Virus record (IMG/VR): IMGVR_UViG_3300048599_000534
Span: 1-30,336 of that record
Reading direction: 5' to 3' (one strand)
Origin: a virus
Taxonomy: Duplodnaviria > Caudoviricetes
Length of the DNA stretch: 30,336 nucleotides
The notes beneath the pieces are model-generated. The model made no database searches, was not told the DNA's origin, and was given only the letters and a program-made list of their open reading frames with translations. Made by a program: the position numbers and the translations under genes. This document shows positions 25,988-30,336 of this stretch, one piece after another. Numbering within the stretch: the first letter of the stretch is position 1; each line of letters starts with the position of its first letter.

Positions 25988-26922
25988 TAATCTTTGATTT
26001 TGTTTTGTGCCGGAGAAAAAATGCTACTAACAGAGATTGGAATAATTATGGGAAGAAGAGGCATAAAAAGACGAACCTCAACCCACATTCCAAAGATCAA
26101 AATAAATGGAATATATATTGGGATGACCAAAGCCAAACGTTTTAGGAGATCCGGAGCCTTATGAAAAGAAAAAGGAAGTGCCAGCCAGAATATGCCAGCA
26201 AACCAAAGATTTAGAGGAATTGAAACTTGTAATATGTCGGGCCGGATATTTTCTTGAAACATATCTGGAATGGTGTTGATCATAGGCGATGATCCAAGAG
26301 CAAATCTCATTCCTCCGTAAACCATTGCCCAAGAGAAGAAATAAATTAATGATAATGGAAAATTAGCAAAAGGTTTATTTACATCAAAAGTAGCAAAAAA
26401 ATAAAGGAAAGGAATGAAGATTGCGGTTTCGCGATTGAAAGTAGCAAAAATAATGATCAATTCCAGCTGCCACCATTTATGTTTATTTATCGCAAAAATT
26501 GCCAGGATAAAAAATATCGTTTCAGCGATTGTCCATAAAGAAGGTCCAATGTGAATCCAGGCAGCAGGAAGACAGGCATTTAGGATGAGGATTACAAGAA
26601 ATGACTGCTTTTCGGAAAACCAAACAGAAAGTAATTTGAACATCAAAATAAGAAAGAGACTCACCAAAATAAAAAAGAAGGTGAAAAGAAATGCGTAATG
26701 ACCCAACGTCTCAGGAATAAATGGAGATAGAACTTTTATGAATAACCAGCGTAATGCAGGCATTAATAATCTGTATTTATAAGGACTCAAGATCGTTGAA
26801 TTCATTATCTCTGGATACCAGGATAGAACTTGATCGTTCTTCATCTCGAAGAAAAATAAGATGCAGGATTGAACAAGGGAGAGGAAATAAAAACAGAAAT
26901 AAATTGGAGAAAGTTTTTTCAT
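25942..26922 (-). CDS. AT-rich polytopic membrane protein (moron; possible GT-C-fold glycosyltransferase)
   Basis: Many hydrophobic helices; SPYKYRLLMP, ATFNRETA, EVRLFMP; antisense to the late operon. Confidence 0.65.
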   Translation of the reverse strand: MKKLSPIYFCFYFLSLVQSCILFFFEMKNDQVLSWYPEIMNSTILSPYKYRLLMPALRWLFIKVLSPFIPETLGHYAFLFTFFFILVSLFLILMFKLLSVWFSEKQSFLVILILNACLPAAWIHIGPSLWTIAETIFFILAIFAINKHKWWQLELIIIFATFNRETAIFIPFLYFFATFDVNKPFANFPLSLIYFFSWAMVYGGMRFALGSSPMINTIPDMFQENIRPDILQVSIPLNLWFAGIFWLALPFSFHKAPDLLKRLALVIPIYIPFILIFGMWVEVRLFMPLLPIIIPISVSSIFSPAQNKIKDYYPVRKMAIFNNPRL

Positions 26923-27004
26923 AAGAATAACCCCCTTAAGAACAATATCAGTTTAGCACGAGATATTAGCGTATTCAAGAGTAATTGGAGAAAGAAAGGA
27001 CAAA

Positions 27005-27979
27005 ATGAGTCAACCAGTTTGTTTAGCCTATACCAAACGCCGATTTGATGTATCGCGGAACCAGGATAACAACGACACGCCTTACTTCCCGATCCTGACA
27101 CGAATGAAGGAGCGAGGATTTGAGGGAGTTGAGATCCGGATCACGGCCGGCGCCTCGATGGATGAAGATTTTCCGCGGTTCCTGGCGGAGGCGGTCGACG
27201 CCAAGTTTGAGACGATCGATGTCTATTCATGGGTCGAGATGTGGGACTGGAAGCGGCGAAAGATCTCACCAAGAGAATGGGGACGGATCCAGGCACGGAA
27301 GGCTTACAGCTCGGCCAAGGCCCAGCCCGGATTCTCGAGGATCCGAAGGTTTTACGCGGATATCGAGAACGGCAGCTATGCATCGATCACAACGGCCATA
27401 TTGGCTGAGTGTCAGGAAGTCCTTAATGGATTCTACGAAGAATTGGACCGTCTGACCGGAAAAGTCACCGGCAACTATAACAACCAGGGATATTTCTGGG
27501 TGCTGACCGACGATATGAAAAAGCGGCCACTGTGGATGAGCTGGTACAGCCGGATCGTCACCATCGAGCGGGTCCGACAGGTGCTGAAAAACTGGAACTA
27601 TACTGGGAAACTTGAGGCTGTGCAATTTGCGAGCGACGGCGATATTGACGGGGACGGCATTTCCGATGCCAGGGCAGCCGGGATGGAGAGCACCGGCCTT
27701 GATCTGAGCGTCGTGATCGATGACAGCGCTGTGCAGACAACTCCAACATCTCCAACGCCGGCAGCCCAGAGCGGGTGGGTAACCGTCACGGCGCCGCGCG
27801 GGCTTTTGATCCGGTCCGGGGCGGGCAAGGGGTATGATAAGGTCAGTTCGATCGTTTATGGAGCACGCACGAGCTACCAGAGCACTGCCAAGGACCTGGC
27901 CGGCAACCTCTGGGCACGGATCAGCCAGGGGTGGATCTGTGTGCGATACGGGCGCGAAGAATACGCGGTCCTGAAATAA
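27005..27979 (+). CDS. Endolysin: GH25-like muramidase plus SH3b-like cell-wall-binding domain
   Basis: FDVSRNQ, YADIE (DxE), PLWMSWY, VQFASDG...LDLS; Pro/Thr linker; GLLIRSGAG...WARISQGWIC. Confidence 0.85.
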   Translation: MSQPVCLAYTKRRFDVSRNQDNNDTPYFPILTRMKERGFEGVEIRITAGASMDEDFPRFLAEAVDAKFETIDVYSWVEMWDWKRRKISPREWGRIQARKAYSSAKAQPGFSRIRRFYADIENGSYASITTAILAECQEVLNGFYEELDRLTGKVTGNYNNQGYFWVLTDDMKKRPLWMSWYSRIVTIERVRQVLKNWNYTGKLEAVQFASDGDIDGDGISDARAAGMESTGLDLSVVIDDSAVQTTPTSPTPAAQSGWVTVTAPRGLLIRSGAGKGYDKVSSIVYGARTSYQSTAKDLAGNLWARISQGWICVRYGREEYAVLK

Positions 27980-28054
27980 TTTAGGCGCAAACCTCCTGCG
28001 CAATCAGTCCCGGAGCTGTATCCGGGATGGTGCGGAAATCGCACCAGGGGATAT

Positions 28055-28089
28055 AAAAACCTCCGGCATGAGCAACCGGAGGTTTGATT
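28055..28089. terminator. Intrinsic terminator after the endolysin (probably bidirectional)
   Basis: AAAAACCTCCGG-catgagcaa-CCGGAGGTTTGATT. Confidence 0.7.
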
Positions 28090-28125
28090 GTTCTATATTT
28101 GTTCTATTTATGATAGAATGCTTTC

Positions 28126-28320
28126 ATGCTAAAAGGTAAATCTAAAGGATCAACGATTGATATCAGCAACAGATATAATCCGCTGAGGCCGGAACAATTC
28201 GTTTTGACGATCATCCACGAGAAAGGTACCGGTTTTTCAAGCCCAGTGATGACTGAGGAGGAGGCAATCGAGGAGGCGGAACGGATCTGCGGGAAAGTCG
28301 AGTGGATAAGGGAAGATTAA
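28126..28320 (+). CDS. 64-aa hypothetical protein at the prophage end (probably leaderless)
   Basis: TGaTAGAAT extended -10 ends 6 nt before the ATG; no Shine-Dalgarno; own terminator downstream. Confidence 0.55.
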   Translation: MLKGKSKGSTIDISNRYNPLRPEQFVLTIIHEKGTGFSSPVMTEEEAIEEAERICGKVEWIRED

Positions 28321-28323
28321 ATC

Positions 28324-28362
28324 AAAAGGAAGCGGTATCGGGGAGATTATCGCTTCCTTTTT
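28324..28362. terminator. Bidirectional intrinsic terminator between the 64-aa ORF and the tRNA 3' end
   Basis: AAAAGGAAGCG...CGCTTCCTTTTT. Confidence 0.8.
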
Positions 28363-28408
28363 GGTAGATCGTATTCAATTGAGAGGGGCAATAGTTTATG
28401 CCTATGGA

Positions 28409-28484
28409 TGGCGCCCCCGGTGGGATTCGAACCCACAACCAACAGCTTAGAAGGCTGGTGCTCTGTCCGTTGCGCTACGGGGGC
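28409..28484 (-). tRNA. tRNA-Arg (anticodon TCT), 76 nt with encoded CCA
   Basis: GCCCCCGTAGCGCAACGGACAGAGCACCAGCCTTCTAAGCTGTTGGTTGTGGGTTCGAATCCCACCGGGGGCGCCA: 7-bp acceptor stem, CTTCTAA anticodon loop, GTTCGAATC T-arm. Confidence 0.97.
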
Positions 28485-28498
28485 TGATAACATTGGCT

Positions 28499-28528
28499 AT
28501 TATAAATGTATTTCAGAAATTTGATCAA
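28499..28528 (-). promoter_or_regulatory. Promoter of the tRNA-Arg gene
   Basis: Minus-strand TTGATC-N18-TATAAT, 14 nt upstream of the mature 5' end. Confidence 0.55.
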
Positions 28529-28544
28529 TAATTTAACATTTTAT

Positions 28545-28577
28545 AAAGCAAGTCTCTTTTTTAAAGAGACTTGCTTT
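28545..28577. terminator. Terminator downstream of the amidase gene
   Basis: AAAGCAAGTCTCTTT...AAAGAGACTTGCTTT perfect inverted repeat. Confidence 0.8.
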
Positions 28578-28585
28578 GCTGATAA

Positions 28586-30247
28586 TTAGAAAACTTTATA
28601 AAATCTTTTCGGGGGAATCCTCTTTACTACCTTTTCTGCATTGTAAGCTACCCGATATAGCAGCGCTTCATCCCAGTGGCGTCCGATTGCCTGCATCGAA
28701 ATGGGCATTCCTCTTTGATCGTACCCAACAGGAAAGGTGATGGCAGGGTTGCCTGTAAAATTGCTGGCAAATACAAACCGCATCATTTCTGTATCAGTGC
28801 CAAGATCAGACCATCCGATCTTATATCCTCCTGCAGGTACGGGTTGAGCTGCCAGAGCGGTTCCCGGTGTGAGAATGACATCCACCTTTTCAAATACGTC
28901 TGCAAAAAAAGACATTGCACGGGTCCTCATTCGCTGTGCCTGGATGTAATCCATTGCTGTGAACTCTTCTCCTAATATTAGGCTCAGACGAACTGCAGTC
29001 CCGTGTTCTTTATGATGCTCGTGATAATTCCGCATACATAAGGCCATCTCGGAGAGGATGGTAGTTGCATGGGCAATGCGCATTTCATCCAATTCAGGGA
29101 TAGTAATCTCAATAATTTCTCCGCCAGCTTTTTTAAATTCATCTACTAGTAGATAACATTGTTTTACTACTTCAGGAGAAGCATGTTCAAACCATTCTTT
29201 ATAAATTCCCAATCGAATTCCTTGCAATCCTTGCTTATTCCAACCTTCAAGGGTCACTGATGGCTGCGATAGGGTATTGGGTTCAGTTTCGTCTGGCCCG
29301 GATATAACAGAGTAGATTAATGCATTGTCCTCGACACAGGCTGTTAGCGGACCCAAGTGGGCAACACTCCAGCATAGTGGAGCAGCCCCATGTTCACTTA
29401 CCCGGGCAAATGTAGGTTTCATTCCTACAACGCCACAAAGCGCGGCGGGAATACGAATTGATCCTCCTCCATCTGCTCCAATCGCAACAGGGACAAGTCC
29501 TGCGGCTACGGCAGCGCCTGAGCCAGAAGAACTTCCACCAGTATCACAATTAGTATCATAAGGATTTCGGATGGCGCCAAAATTAGCGTTACACCCATTT
29601 GGATTGATGCCGATTTCATGCATATTTGTTTTACCAACCAAAATTGCCCCGGCAGCGCGTAGTTTAGCCGCTACTGTCGAATCTTCATCGGCTGGGTGTG
29701 TTCCCATAAAAGATGTTCCAACATTGGTGGGATAGGGTTTCATATCGATCTCATCTTTAATTGCAATTGGTACACCATCCAAAGGCCCTATAACGTGGTT
29801 GGTTTTGTAGCGGTCCGCAGATGCTTTTGCTTGTTGGAGAATATCTTCTGAATCGTAAGCAACAAATGTATTCAGTGAAGGAGCATCCTGTTCGCTTTTT
29901 CTGATCGCCTGAATAACTGCCTCTGCAGCCTCAACAGGGGAGAGAATATTCGATTTATAAGCATTTGTATAATCTTTTATTGATCGATATGGAAAATCTA
30001 CAAGATCTTCTGCCGGTTGAAAAATACTATCCTTCTTCTTGGATTCATCGTCTGGCTTTACCAATGGAAAAAAGGTTGGTGTTTCTTCAAATTTTAATTT
30101 TCGCAGCTTTGGAATGCCGCCATTTTCAAGCAAGCTGCCGATGAAAATGAACCTGGTTAATGGACTTTCAACAAGCGTAGTAAAGACCTTAAGACCAGCG
30201 CCTGTCAAGACCGGTAACTTTAATGATTTTAAGTTATAGTCAGACAT
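28586..30247 (-). CDS. Amidase-signature family enzyme (fatty-acid amide hydrolase-like), host gene
   Basis: PLDGVPIAIKD (Lys), GKTNMHE, GGSSSGSGAAVA, GADGGGSIRIPA (Ser-cisSer-Lys triad); AAGGAG RBS upstream. Confidence 0.95.
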   Translation of the reverse strand: MSDYNLKSLKLPVLTGAGLKVFTTLVESPLTRFIFIGSLLENGGIPKLRKLKFEETPTFFPLVKPDDESKKKDSIFQPAEDLVDFPYRSIKDYTNAYKSNILSPVEAAEAVIQAIRKSEQDAPSLNTFVAYDSEDILQQAKASADRYKTNHVIGPLDGVPIAIKDEIDMKPYPTNVGTSFMGTHPADEDSTVAAKLRAAGAILVGKTNMHEIGINPNGCNANFGAIRNPYDTNCDTGGSSSGSGAAVAAGLVPVAIGADGGGSIRIPAALCGVVGMKPTFARVSEHGAAPLCWSVAHLGPLTACVEDNALIYSVISGPDETEPNTLSQPSVTLEGWNKQGLQGIRLGIYKEWFEHASPEVVKQCYLLVDEFKKAGGEIIEITIPELDEMRIAHATTILSEMALCMRNYHEHHKEHGTAVRLSLILGEEFTAMDYIQAQRMRTRAMSFFADVFEKVDVILTPGTALAAQPVPAGGYKIGWSDLGTDTEMMRFVFASNFTGNPAITFPVGYDQRGMPISMQAIGRHWDEALLYRVAYNAEKVVKRIPPKRFYKVF

Positions 30248-30336
30248 ATTGGATTCTCCTTGAAAAAATTATACTAATTACCTGTTAATTGACTAAATAA
30301 ATCTGTCTGCGAAAAATTATGAAGGAATCTGTTATT

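Larger units (their letters stand above)
1..28409 (+). mobile_element. Prophage (temperate, siphovirus-like, HK97-type head); left end with integrase/repressor lies outside the window
   Basis: Co-oriented early genes followed by a complete HNH-terS-terL-portal-protease-capsid-neck-tail-TMP-baseplate-spike-endolysin order, ending at the 3' end of a tRNA gene. Confidence 0.95.

Noticed and set aside
27266-28003. 245-aa minus-strand ORF
   Set aside because: Antisense shadow of the GC-rich endolysin gene; no recognisable motifs or RBS.
27985-28050. Self-cleaving ribozyme or second tRNA in the hairpin cluster
   Set aside because: No hammerhead core (CUGANGA...GAAA) or cloverleaf with T-loop consensus could be assembled by eye; kept only as generic structured RNA.
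28586-30247. Amidase as gatA or as a phage lysis amidase
   Set aside because: No gatC/gatB neighbours in view and it has a long N-terminal extension; the amidase-signature fold is unrelated to peptidoglycan amidases; it lies beyond the tRNA boundary.

Overview
Most of the window (about 1-28,410) is the right-hand part of an apparently intact temperate siphophage-like prophage with HK97-type head genes. It ends at the 3' end of a minus-strand tRNA-Arg(TCT) gene, the likely attachment site. A host amidase-signature gene follows. The early region opens with a translationally coupled prokaryotic ubiquitin-machinery cassette of the PRTRC type: an accessory protein, an E2-like protein, a JAB/JAMM peptidase and a ThiF/E1, interrupted by an AT-rich ASCH gene. 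The ubiquitin-like modifier is not in the window. Next come small accessory genes, a replication initiator with a C-terminal DnaA_N-like domain and internal iterons, a MazG-like protein, a DUF551 mosaic gene, a zinc-ribbon protein and a sortase-like protein. A promoter and long leader hairpin then open the late operon: holin-like membrane proteins, HNH, terminase, portal, S49 protease, capsid, neck, tail (with a -1 frameshift chaperone), tape measure, baseplate and a beta-helix tail spike. An antisense AT-rich membrane-protein moron and a GH25-SH3 endolysin close the phage. A family of very small nested repeats occurs at gene junctions (1981-2009 and 21550-21678). Several protein families suggest a Chloroflexota (Anaerolineae-like) host, but this is inference. 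All family calls come from motif recognition by eye; no database searches were run.
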